The translations under genes were made by a program, and so were the position numbers. A stretch of 63,677 nucleotides of DNA, filler included, from Kipferlia bialata (taxonomy: Eukaryota): the NCBI GenBank assembly GCA_003568945.1. It is 6 parts of 6 records of this genome, joined end to end, with 100 filler letters (N's around TTAATTAATTAA, not from the genome) between each part and the next. Parts side by side here need not be neighbours in the genome. Positions count along the whole stretch, not along the records: positions 36,847 to 49,023 come from BDIP01001124.1; positions 49,124 to 61,291 come from BDIP01001126.1; 4 more parts are not named here. One strand, given 5' to 3'. The notes beneath the pieces are model-generated. The model was not told where the DNA came from and did no database searches. It worked only from the letters and a program-made list of their open reading frames with translations. Below are positions 41,501 through 55,795 of this stretch, piece after piece; position 1 is the first letter of the stretch, and the number at the start of each line of letters is the position of its first letter.

Positions 41501-42741
41501 GTGAATTGGCATCCCAGCAGGAGGGCACTGCCTGATGTGAATATATAATCAATGTATTTACCATAGTGATACAAGGTCTATACAAATATTGAAGTGGTTG
41601 GATACCCAGTTGTGCATACGAGTTGACCATGAAGTGCGCCACCTCATATATAATACATACACATATGTATAACATATACATACTTATATATACTTATATT
41701 TATTAGACACAGTACCTGTTGGCTCTATACTGACTACTGGTTGGATATCCAGCTGTGCATATGAGTTGACCATGAAGTGTGCCACCTCAAGTGCCTCTCG
41801 GTCAGGCTTAGAGAGACCAATGATCCTGCTTATTAGAGAATAGAGTTGGTACGTCATCATCATCATTCATAGTGGAGTATATAAGTAGAGCCTCTCGGTC
41901 AGGCTTAGAGAGGCAAATGATCCTGATAGTAACATACTATTAGTAAGGGTGTAGCAGAGATGAATAAAGGGTGTAGCAGGTATGTGTCATGGCTTGGAGA
42001 GGCCAATGTTCCTGAGGGTATAGCGTGGGTATATATATCAAAGGTTTGGACATGGTGGTAAATATACATGTACAATATGGAGTACCTGTATCTCTCACTG
42101 TTGACCATGTTATCCAGGGTATCCATCTATACGTATACTATATACTATAGCATATATATATATATATATTACATACCATGTATATATATAGTACCTGTAT
42201 CTCTCACTGTTGACCATGTTGTCTAGGGTGTCCATATACACATACTATATACTATAGCATATATATATAAATGTATACCATGTATATATACTATATATGT
42301 ACCTGTATCTCTCACTGTTGACCATGTTGTCCAGGGTATCTAGGATAGATACAACGGGGAGGCCAGTCTTCCTACGCAGAACCTGGGGTTAGAGATATAG
42401 TTAGGAATATATGAACATATATACTCGGTATCTAGGATGGACACAACGGGGAGGCCAGTCTTGCGACGGAGTACCTTAGTATAAGAGGACTTATATATAT
42501 ATACACACACACACATATATATATACACACAGAGAGAGAGAGGGAGATGCGCCAACGGGCAGACCGGTCTAGGTCTTGCGACGCAGGACCTGGAGTAAGG
42601 TATATATACAGGTATATATAAATCCATATATGCTAGTAACATGTTCATCTTCATATAAAATTCACTCACTCACCTGATTCACCCCGTCCATGACCACATC
42701 CTGCAGGGGGGTATATATATATACATACATACACTATACTG

Positions 42742-42772
<31 letters not shown>

Positions 42773-44240
42773 CTATACCTGATTCACCCCGTCCATGACC
42801 ACATCCTGCAGGGGGTTATATACAGTAAATACATATACTAATATATATATATATATATTATGCATATTATGTATATAATACATGAGTATACCTGGTTCAC
42901 CCCGTCCATCACTACATCCTGCAGGGGGTGGACAAACCTCCTCATCTGGGAACCCCTGGTATAAGGGCAATACTCAGAATGAATGGGGGTACATCGATAC
43001 AAGTGTAGTATTAAACTGTATAGAATATCATAGTTCTTTTCAAATAATTATGGGATTAGACTCATGCAAAGAGTGACGACAGCAAAAATGAGAGTCAGGG
43101 TTGTACCTCCAGTGCCACAGCTTGCTGAACATGTCAAAGGACCTGGACATGCATAAATATATTATATAACTATATACAATAATAATGTATATATATATGT
43201 ATGATGTAGTCTAATAGTTAAGGGTATAGACTCCTACCTCCAGTGCCACAGTTTGCTGAACATGTCAAAGGACCTGGACATGTGGTCTATGCCATACAGG
43301 AGGTCAACGATGACATAGAACCTGAGGGATAAGAGGGTGTAGAGAGAGAGAGCATGTGGTCAATGCCATAGAGGAGGTCGACGATGACATAGAACCTGAG
43401 AGATAAAAGGGTGTAGAGAGAGAGAGAGAGAGATGTGGTCTATGTCATACAGGAGGTCAACGATGACATAGAACCTAGAGATTAGCATACAAGAACATTC
43501 ATATTATTATATATTATTAGAGAGAGAGAGAGAGAGAGAGAGAAACCTGCTCTATACCTGCTTGAGTAGAACTGCCTCAGGGTATGCTTCTCGAGCTGGG
43601 CAAGGACCTCCTATAGATAAGAGACACAATACAATTATGCTTGCACAGTGTTAACTATCTGACAACATTACTAAACATGTACTTATGACTATATACGTAA
43701 GATGCAATTATTGTAGGTATCATACATAAATATGCATGTTGTGGAAGTGTACACACCTCTTCGACTGCCTCAAACACAGCCATACTATCTCTAACACTAG
43801 TGTAAAAGAACAAACATACAGCCACCCACACATATACTAGTTTGTATACACTGATATACACATATCCTACCTCCTCGACTGCCTCAAACACAGTCACGGC
43901 CTCAGAGGTCATCCTGGCCTGGTATGAGATAGTGTATAGAGTGATACATATCTAATACACTATACTATCCAAATACATCTACACAACAGCCTCAATAATT
44001 ATTATGTAAATATATATATATACTATATAGTCACGGCCTCAGAGGTCATCCTGACCTGGGGGTTAGATTAAAGAGTATAATTGAATAGATGTATATGCTA
44101 CATTTACATACTACAGACATATACACCCACCTTTAAGTCGGGTATCATCCTAGGCACCTTGGTCACACAATCATATCCAAGTCTATCTATACTATATGGA
44201 TACATACATATTTACTATGCTAGTATTCTTCTTTATCAAT

Positions 44241-44278
<38 letters not shown>

Positions 44279-45340
44279 GTCATAATACCTTCAAGTCCGG
44301 TATCATCCTGGGCACTTTGGCCACACAATCATATCCAAGTATATCTATCTACAACTATATATATATATAGATATATACATATTTTATATGGATACATACA
44401 CATACTGTGCAAAAATACCTTCAGGTCTGGTATCATCCTGGGCACCTTGGTCACACCCCCAATGTGGATACGGTTCTGGAGTGTTAGCTAGAAGAACACG
44501 AGGTCATGGATCCACTTGTATACTCTCAACCATGTACACATAACAATGTGTTTGGAAAGACAGAAGTAGCTCTATATGTATGTACGTCAAACGTGTATAC
44601 CTTCAACCCCGCATTACAGTATGCTACCCCAGATATATACATACACAGATTCTTGATGCATACAATTATCAAGATTCAATACTACATACTTAATACATAC
44701 TATATTATAACTAAATACCTTCAACCCTGCATTTTACACATATATATATATATATATATATACATATATATACATATATACCTTCAACCCCGCATTGCAG
44801 TATGCTGCCCCCAGGTAGGTGAGACCACACCGGCACTTGGCAAGGGCAGCCTGAATATAAGGGTGTAGAGGGAGAGAGAGACAGGGAGAGAGAGAGAATC
44901 ACTAGACACCTGGCAAGGGCAGCCTGGCAATAAGGGTGTAGAGGGAGAGAGAGAGAATTACTAGACACTTGGCAAGGGCAGCCTGGGATAAAGGGTGTAG
45001 AGGGAGAGAGAGAGAGAGATGACTCTCACCTTTGGGAAATACAACTGCCCCAAAGACATGTAATAGAGAGATAGTATACTATAGTATACACACCCTCGAG
45101 ACCTCTATGACTGGGGCATCATCGTGGGAGTGTAGGTACCTGGAATAAGGGTGTAGTATCTATTAAGGGTGTAGGTACCTGGAATGAGGGTGTGGACGAA
45201 GGGAACAAGGATGTAGTCTGTGTACAAGTACAATAATACGTGCAAATACAATATGAATATGTGAGGGTACTCTCTATGCAATACAACACGTACTGTGCAA
45301 ATATGGTGCATGCCAGTCAGTCTCTCTCTATATATATGAC

Positions 45341-45380
<40 letters not shown>

Positions 45381-48300
45381 AATATATAGGAATACGTACT
45401 GTGCAAATATGGTGCATGCCAGTCTGTTGGGGTCCACCTCAGTGTCCTTGGTGTCCACTTGCTGGGATGAGGAATAAAGGCACAATGGGTAGCACCTATA
45501 TATGTATTGGTACATTGTACAATTCTAGTATAACTTATGCATAACAACCTCAGTATCCTTGGTGTCCACTTGCTGGGATAAGGCTATATTAGGCAGGGAA
45601 CTACTCCAATGTCATTACAAGTGACTATTATAGTATGACTTATGTACTACTTACATATATACATAGTCGTACCCGTCTGTACTCCAGTGTTGCATTCAGG
45701 AACTCCATGCTCAGCCTGGCCTTGGGGTTGCCCTACAGTCAATGAAGTAAGCAGTGATACTAGACCTAGTATTGTAATAATGGACATATTCAAGAGAATT
45801 TTTACTACATAACATTGTCGTGATTGTTCACAGGCCCTTTTACCTGTCTTCTGACGACTAGATTGACTGTTAAACTACATGTCTTCTGACGAACAGAGCA
45901 AAGAGGTCATAATGAATACTATACAAGGATATATACCTATTATAGACGCATATATATATAAATATATATCCAATATACCTGTCTTCTGACGAACAAAGCA
46001 AAGAGGTCATAATGAATAGTACATAACGATTCTACATATATACATATATTTAGTATAATTATATATAATACACTATTGTATATATATAAATATTTTGTAA
46101 AATTATATATAATACACTAATGTAGTACCTGTCTTCTGACGAACAGGGCAAAGAGGTCGTAATGAATTTCTACATTACGATTCTACATAATACACTCGTA
46201 TATATATATTTAGTAAAAATATATATAATACACTAATGTATATATATATATATTTAGTAAAATTATATATAATACACTAATGGGTTACCTGTCTTCTGAC
46301 AAACAGGGCAAAGAGGTCGTGTCCATGGACAATCTCAAAGAGACCATTGAGGGTGCCTGTGGGAAAACAACAGTAAACAAATGAAATACATATGAATATA
46401 TGAATGTCTATCAGTGTACTACGCAATGAAAGATATCTCAAACAGGCCATTGAGGGTGCCTAGTGATTAAGGGTGTAGAGTGTGTGAGAGAGAGAACAAT
46501 ACAACCTCAAACAGACCATTGAGGGTGCCTGTGAGATAAGGGTGTAGAGGGAGAGAGAGAGGGGGACAGAAACTACACCACCATATAGATGAAAGTGAAT
46601 ATATCGAATATATAATGCTAACCAATACACCACGCAACAAAAGAGTACCTGGCACATTGGTTGTCAGTACCAGCGGGTGCACAAACGCGAGTACAATGAT
46701 GATGCCACTGTTGCCAAGTACAGCAGACCAGATGACACCGCAATATGCCTTAGAGTCAGTATGTATAGAAACACACATATGTATATACATATATATACAT
46801 ATGTTAATGAGTGTATATATATGTACAAGTGATTATGCCACTGTTGCCAAGTACAGCAGACCATATCACTCCACAATAGGCCTAGACGTAAGTAGATATC
46901 TTATATATAAACTAGATATATATCCAAATAGAGTATTCTAATCCAACACTCACCTGAGGCGTGACATGCATTGACACATGTAATTATATGGATACTAATA
47001 TATACATATACTTACATATGTATATATGTACTGACCTTACATGAATACTTATATACACATATACTTATATATGTATATATATACTGACCTGGGGTGTGAC
47101 ATGCTGCAGAAAGGCGTGGTACACATAGTACACAATGGCAGTGCGGGCAAGGGCAACAAGGGCAAAGACAAGCCAGTATAGGCTGAACCTGGAATAAGGG
47201 TGTAGAAGGAGAGAGAGAGAGAGAGAGTAAGGGCAACAAGGGCAAAGACAAGCCAATACAGACTGAACCTGGAATGAGGGTGTAGAAGGAGAGAGAGAGA
47301 GAGAGAGAGCAGGGGCAACAAGGGCAAAGACAAGCCAGTAAAGGCTGAACCTGGAATAAGGGGGTAGAAAGAGGAAGAGAGAGACTGTCTCACGCACTGG
47401 AGAGTTAGGGGTGTAGGGGAGGAGAAAAGGGTGTAGGGAGGGAGAGAAATGGGGGTCAATGTATATATATACCTGCTTCGAGAGACTCCTCATCATCACA
47501 GTCTCTCTCTCTCCCTCTCATCTATCTCCTCTGTGTATAGATATGTGTAAACATACACACACATATATATATACCTTCTTCTAAAGACTCCTCCTCCTCT
47601 GTGTCACTGGAGAACTCCATATCACCATAGCAGTGCTTAGTATAAGGGGTCTCCTGAGGTTAAGCATATGTGTGACAGTGTATAGAGAGAGAGAGAGAGA
47701 AGGATGGGAACTCCATGCCTGCATAGCAGTGCTTAGTATAGGGGATCTCCTGAGGTTGGATTGTACACTATACTCCCTAGTATACGTCTATCTAATTAAT
47801 AAATACTAGTAATACAATCATTAATACTATTTACTCCATACCTGTATAGTGATGGGGTCGTTGATGATACTATATATGTGTGGGAATCTATATACATGTA
47901 TGATATACATGCTATTATGCTCCTTACCTGAATAGTGATGGGGTCGTTGATGGCTGTGTTGGTCATAGAGCCATACTGGGATGAGTTAGGGATAAGAACA
48001 CTAATCTTTGTAATAATAGTACTCTAATTTCTATACAATGAGAAAGAGACACATATCATTGTATAAACATAGGAACACCAATCATAGTATGAACGTATAC
48101 AGAGAGAGAGAGACATAAAGAGAAGATGATACTACTTCCAGATGTCCTTCACTCACCTCATCCTCCTGAGTATATGTTGTTTGCATATAGGTATATATAT
48201 ACACATATGCACATATACCTCATCCTCCGAGTATATGTTGTCACAATATATGTAAATACATATATATACACATATATATATATACCTCATCCTCCGAGTA

Positions 48301-48989
48301 TATGTTGTCACTCCATGGCTCAGAGGTGTCTGTGCCCTCAAACCCATGGATACCAGACTGGACCTGGAATAAGGGTGTAGAAGGGGAATATAAGGGTGTA
48401 GAAAGGGAGGTACGGGTGAAGGTGGGGAACATGAAGCAAGAAGAAACTCACAATTTGTGTGAGTACTTAGTATACATATGATGTATTCACATTAAGTACA
48501 TACCAGAAGTCCACAGAGGTATGCATTACACTACATTGTATTCATATACATTACATAATAAATTAACTATAGAGAGGTATACCTCTGCCCCCCTTGCGAA
48601 GCAGAGGAAAAAGGGTGTAGATAGATGTATATATATATATATACTAATATATATATACATAAACATGGGTATACATACTCATATATATACACTCATATAT
48701 ACATATTCATGTATACATACCTCTGCCCCCCTTGCGAAGACATCGATATACTCCACAAGTAGTCAATATGTATACATATATAGATATATACACCTATATG
48801 TATATATACTCATATATATATACCTCTGCCCCCCTTGCGAAGTACATTTATACATATAAATGCAATAGAGAGTAAAGCAACTACGTATGACACTATTGAT
48901 ATACTCCAGTGGCGCATAAAAGTATATAGTATTACCTCTGCCCCCCTTGCGAAGCGTCCTGTCAACAGGAAGTCAGGGGAGTACACGAC
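36982..48989 (-). CDS. Class I cyclic-nucleotide phosphodiesterase with upstream transmembrane segments and an RGS-like domain; about 30 exons, both ends missing
   Basis: PDE motifs WNADFDVF, YHNSTHATDVCH and LELLALILAAASHDVEHPG|LDNKFLV. RGS-like exons at ~46356-43557. Hydrophobic exons FSLYWLVFALVALARTAIVYYVY and AYCGVIWSAVLGNSGIIIVLAFVHP. Phases fit across the RGS exons and the intervening exons read open; one phase conflict near 47400. Confidence 0.85.
40120..40405 (-). repeat. 121-bp-period exon-end echo array (VETEDEARERAAAIG|GT x3)
   Basis: Copies at 40362-40405 (true exon end), 40241-40284 and 40120-40163. Confidence 0.95.
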
Positions 48990-49023
48990 CTGGGGTGAAT
49001 ATAAATATATATATATGTAAATT

Positions 49024-49123
49024 NNNNNNNNNNNNNNNNNNNNNNNNNNNNNNNNNNNNNNNNNNNNTTAATTAATTAANNNNNNNNNNNNNNNNNNNNN
49101 NNNNNNNNNNNNNNNNNNNNNNN
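49024..49123. other. Artificial contig linker
   Basis: N44-TTAATTAATTAA-N44. Confidence 0.99.
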
Positions 49124-49175
<52 letters not shown>

Positions 49176-49725
49176 GTAGATATAGTAGATATATACTACA
49201 CCGCGGTATATCTGGCCATGAATGGTGTGTATATAGAGATGGTATGTATATAGAGATGGTATGTATATTGAGATGGTATGTATATAGGGTTGGTATGTAC
49301 ATATTGTGACAGATACATATGTATTCTACGGAGTCTGCCCAGCTACTGCTGTGTCAAATTCGTATATATATTGGAATTACATATATAGCCTAGAGGGGAC
49401 TATTTTCACATAACTATGGTTAGCAAGTATTTCTCGTATAGACACGACATCCCCCGAACTCCACTCTGCCCAGCTAATATATATTAGGAATAATTATGTA
49501 TAAGTGTTTATATATTCTATGTATTACTATATATAGCATATATATGTATATATGTATATATGTATTCACTTTCTCACTACAGACACCACAGCCCCAGGGT
49601 TCCACTCTGCCCAGCTAATAAGTATTATTATATATATTAATACATTAATAGTGTTTAAAAAAAATACACTATCTATATATATATATGGAATAATTATGTA
49701 TCAATATACTCTATTCTCACTATAG

Positions 49726-51527
49726 ACACCACAGCCCCAGGGTTCCACTCTGCACAGATGCACAGCGTCCTCTACAGAGCTCTGAGTCGGAAGGACCCCA
49801 ACCCTGTTACCATAGAGGTATTATACATTATTAGTGCTTATTCATTGTATATATGTATTATATTTCTTATAGTATATAGTATATAGTATATATAGTATAT
49901 ATATATATATAACCCTGTTACCATAGAGGTATTATACAATATAGTGTGATATACACTATACATGTATATGTACACACCATCGTGTACAGTGGTCTAAGTC
50001 GGAGTGACACCGAGTCAGATATATATATCCCTTTCTTCTTATTTGTAATTATGTAATATGTAATAGATTTCTTTCTTCTTATTTGTAATTATTCTATCCA
50101 TTTTCTAATTGTTTCATTTTTAATAAGAGTCCAATGTATATGATACCCATTGATGTCTGAGTTTACTCTCACTACCCCTTTTCATGCGGGGTGACACCTA
50201 GATGACCTTAGTCTACTGCTGTTCTCTTCATGAATACCTCGGAGTAGAATTACTTACTTACCATAAGTTACAGTTTACATTACATTCAATTACCCAAAGT
50301 TATCGGGATTTTTACCGTTTTTACCATAATTTACCTCAGTCTGTAGCCGTTCTCTTCGTCATTGCAGAGAACGACATAGAGGGAGGTACGGTGTACTACT
50401 ATTACTATTATATAGTACATGTATATAGTATTATACCTCACCCCCAGATCTCTCTAATCGACTTGCCATGTTGCCTCTCTTTGTGACTGCCCTACAGACA
50501 AAGCTGAGGGAGGAGGACCCAATCAGAAAGTGTGGGATGACATATTCCATATATATATATATATATATAGTTATTGGTACAAAGTATATATGTGTTCTAC
50601 AGACAAAGCTGAGGGAGGAGGACCCAATCAGAATATATATATATATATATATATATACATAAGCATTATTGTTCATGGATAGTGTTTTCAAACTCAACGT
50701 ACTTGGATACATCACATACATCACCTATCGTTTGACTATCTAAGTATGTATATATATGTATATTTATAGATATACAATTTCATATATAGTGCATATATCT
50801 AAGTGCATATATAAATACTCACCCCCAGACTCATCCATCTCATTCTGTTGGCACTGGTCAACGCCATTTGTGGAGGTATGAATTTCTCTATCTCTCTCTC
50901 TCTCGTTATCCAATATTATCCTCATACTCTATCATGTTTAGCCCAATGCAAAACAGAATTATTAATTAATATCAATCTGTAAGTTAAGAATACTTTAAGC
51001 TAAGAAGTCTTGCCCGTCCACCAGTTGTATGGTTATATGCATGCAAGTATTGAACGGCTTCTGTGGAACGCTACAGTACTAAGAGACGTACAGTATGAAT
51101 CTATATATCATATCCACACTCTGATTCCAGCACACGCAGCTACATATATATATATAAATGTATACTAATTTACCTGAGAAATATACATACATGCACGTAT
51201 ATACCTGATATATATATAATAAATATATGTGAATATACTGACATACATATACACCTGTTCTTATACCAGCACATGCAGCGACTGCCCTTAGGCTTGGTGC
51301 TCACACACTAGGTATGTGTACTTGGTATATATATATATATAGATAGATAGATAGATATATGTGTCAATAAATAAGGATATATATATTTATATATCAACAA
51401 TCATGTGTACTATATCGGCCCTCACCTCCTCGTTTGACATATACATATGTATTACTCTATACATATATAGCATGAGTGGTAGTCTGTTCTCATACCCTAG
51501 CGATGGACGCCGTGGCCAGGTTCTCCT

Positions 51528-51561
<34 letters not shown>

Positions 51562-52283
51562 TATATATATTGATATATATATATCACCCCCAAGCCATGG
51601 ACGCCTTGGCCAGGTTCTCCTTTCTCTCTCTCTCTCTCTCACACATATATATATACATATACATATATCAATTGGTATATACTACTAATTCACCCCCAAG
51701 CCATGGACGCCGTGGCCAGGTTCTCCTCTACTATATATACAGTATATTCTTATATGTATATATTCCTCTTTAAGTGACATTACCGGTTCTCATATATTCA
51801 TATATGTTCATTCACATTGACACCAGCCATGGACGCCGTGGCCAGGTTCTCCTCTTCCTATGACATATGCAACGAGGCAGTAGCGGTGCTGTCGTCTATG
51901 GCCAACGGTACGGGTCTATTATAATCTCTATATCTACACTCGGAGTGTAAATCTCTACAGTTATACGGGTATGAAGAAATAGAGGTCCTATCCTCTATGG
52001 CAAACGGTACGTATTGGGAATATCATATCAATATATATACCACCTGCAGAGGTACATGTTCTGCATACATATAACTACCCATATATATATGTGTGTGTGT
52101 ATGTGTGTGTATACATTCATGGCATTAACTTACTAGTCATGATACACCCAGACCATGGTGCATCATCTATATATATATATATGTATATGTATATTATACA
52201 TGGTATTAACTTACTAGTCATGATACACCCAGACCTGCAGAGGGCCATGATACCGTATATATTTTTTCATGTACTATATATCA

Positions 52284-52315
<32 letters not shown>

Positions 52316-52946
52316 CATAGTACTAACTGTCTAGACATGGAGCCCGACCACCTGCAGAGGGCCATTATAATAGTAGTATATACACATATATATACAATAT
52401 ACATAAGACTAAGACATAAGACTAAGACATAAGACTAATGCACAGACATGGAGCCCGACCACCTCCAAAGAGCCATGGTGCAGGCTGGTGTTGTACAGAC
52501 ATGCCGCACAGCCATGCTGGCACACCCAACGTCAGCGGTGAGTGATACTCATATATATGTATGTGTATATATATATATCCCTCTATCTATATACGCTGAG
52601 TACTGAGTGCCGCAACGCAATGCTGGCACACCCAACGTCAGCGGTGAGAAGCACATTATCCTATTCACTCTGTATGACGTGTACTATTTATGACTATTAA
52701 CATGCATGTATTTGTATGTTTCTAATGTACGTCAGCGGTGAGAGGTTCTCGTGTCTAATATATACTATATGATATTCTGTATTTATACTCCATTTGTAAT
52801 TCTCTGACTCTCGCTCTCTCTCTCCATTCTTATCTATGAATACAGACTGACTTCAGGCCTAGTTGGGTAGTTTTTATATCATCCCTCTCTCTCTCTCCCC
52901 TTTCTTATCTCTCTAGGGTATATCTGGGCAGTCCCTTGACGTCATT

Positions 52947-52979
<33 letters not shown>

Positions 52980-53938
52980 TCAATCCCACTCTCTCCATTC
53001 TTACCTATCTATCCGTACCAGTAGATACTAACTTCAGGGGATAGCTGGGCAGTCCCTTGACGTCATCTCGCTGATGTGTCTGCACAAGGACAGAGACGGT
53101 ACGGAGTAAATCAATATATATGTATATATGTATTACTATATGGTATGATATACATATATACTGATGTGTCTGCACAAGGACAGAGACGGTACGGTATATA
53201 TCTATATAGTAACATAAATATACACATAAATATGTATACATATATACTAATGTGTCTACACAAGGACAGAGACGGTACGGTTTTTATGTGGTAGTGTATA
53301 TACACATATATTGCTATATGGTACAAGGACAGAGATGGTACGGAGCAGCATAAACTAATAATAGTATCTATTCATCCATACATTATATACCAGCTTATAT
53401 ATTAGTATATTAGTATAGATACGCTTGTTTTGCATGTTCTTACCACAAGAGCAGACCCTCGGCCCACTAATGTCCCAGCGTGTGTATGAGTGGGCCCTGG
53501 AGGCATTGTCAGCATTCTTACAGGTGCATAAGCTTACATATACATATATTACTACAATGCAATACTTATGTTACTAAATATATGTATATACATTGCAATG
53601 CGTATGTTTTGCATACTGTACGAGTGGGCCCTGGAGGCAATGTCAGCATTCTTGCAGGTGTGTTGTAGTGTATATATACATTAGCATATATACAAAAATA
53701 CATTCACTGTGTTACTATATAATATATATATGTGTGTGTGATATACATATATATGTGTGTATATGTTTGGGCACTGAACTCTACGATATCATAGATATAT
53801 GTGTATGTGTTGCTGTGTATATATATGTGTATATATATGCGTATCTGCCCACAATCAGGACCCCTTTGTTGTCGACAGAGCCATCAAGGTGCTGCAAGTA
53901 TGCATCAATGGTATGTGCAGTATGAATATCACATGGTC

Positions 53939-54012
<74 letters not shown>

Positions 54013-54697
54013 TATACATATCTCACCCCATACCCCCCCGGCATGTCCTATGCCACTAGGCCCCAGTCCCTGCAGACACTCTTTGCATCACTGCACATGC
54101 ACATAGACGATGAGGTATAGTATTATAATATCATTATTATCATACTTTTGTATGTCATATGGTATACATCACTCCACATGCACATAGACGATGAGGTGGG
54201 TGTATGTATAATTATAGTATCAATATTTATATATGTATTTCATATGAATTGCATCACTGCACATGCACATCGATGAGGTTGGTATAGTAATATAGTAAGT
54301 ACATGAGAAGTATATCAATATATATATTATATTTAGTGTATACATTTGCATCGCTGCACATAGATGATGAGGTGGGTGGGTGCGGATGATTACTCTGACA
54401 GTACTCATATCATGAACTGACCGAGTGTCACCTGATGCTGCTGATCATTCATATATACATTATATATACTGGTATATACTTATATACTTATGTATGTATA
54501 TACTTATGTGTTATATACTTATATACCAGGAACTGACCGAGTACCTCCTGATGCTGCTGATCAGTCTCTTTTATTCATGTTATAAATATATACATTGTAT
54601 ATGGTGTTATATATATATGTATATACACCAGTCATTAATACCAGGAACTGACCGAGTGCCACCTCATGCTGCTGAACACCATGTACCACTATGCAGG

Positions 54698-54730
<33 letters not shown>

Positions 54731-55298
54731 GTATATATATATTTGGTATCATGCATATATACTATGTATATGTAATAGGGTGAGATGTATACATTTATAA
54801 CATGTACAGCTATGCAGGTATCCATGCATATATATGTATTTGGTGTCTCTGAAGTCAATTGTTTGGCTATAAGACAACTTCTCGGTTTTCACTACACTCT
54901 CATATAGTTCTCGCCAACCCCCTTCATATGATATATATTGTAGTGTATAAATATATATATGTCTTACGCTCAGATGATTAGTAATTATGTATCTTACTCT
55001 AAGTATATATGTGTATATATATGGTTATATATATACATATATATATCTGTATATAAGCTAAGTCTAACCCCCAGATGATGACCAGTACATTGCGCTTATG
55101 GACATGGACCTGGTGGGCTGTATGGCTAGGGCTAGGTATATTACAGTATATGCTTATGTATGTTAATACACATATATATTTAATATATTATAGTGTATTT
55201 ATTATACATATATACATGTAGTGTTAAGTATATGGACCTTGTGGGCTGTATGGCTAGGGCTATGTGTCTATGAGTGAAATATTCATTATGTTTGTATA

Positions 55299-55335
<37 letters not shown>

Positions 55336-55757
55336 TTGATATAGCATACGCAGTATACAGTGTATACAGTGCGTAACTCATTCCCAGGGATAGACACCCA
55401 ACCAATGTCGAGATCATCAGACATTATTTTGATCTCAAGGTACGTTTGTATTCACTATACCTTCATTTACATTTAGAAGATGTATAATTCATTCATATAT
55501 ATATACATCTAACACCCAGAGGATGGAGGCCCAACCCGTGTCCATCAGGTGCCAGATAGCCAGGTATACCATGTAATAGTATACTATATTGCTATGTANN
55601 NNNNNNNNNNNNNNNNNNNNNNNNNNNNNNNNNNNNNNNNNNNNNNNNNNNNNNNNNNNNNNNNNNNNNNNNNNNNNNNNNNNNNTACAATATATCAGGT
55701 GCCAGATAGCCAGGTATACCATGTAATAGTATACTATATTAGATCATAGATCTATAG

Positions 55758-55795
<38 letters not shown>

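Noticed and set aside
37028..48405. U12-type introns suggested by CCCTTAA/CCCTTAT near acceptors
   Set aside because: The corresponding donors lack the RTATCCT consensus.
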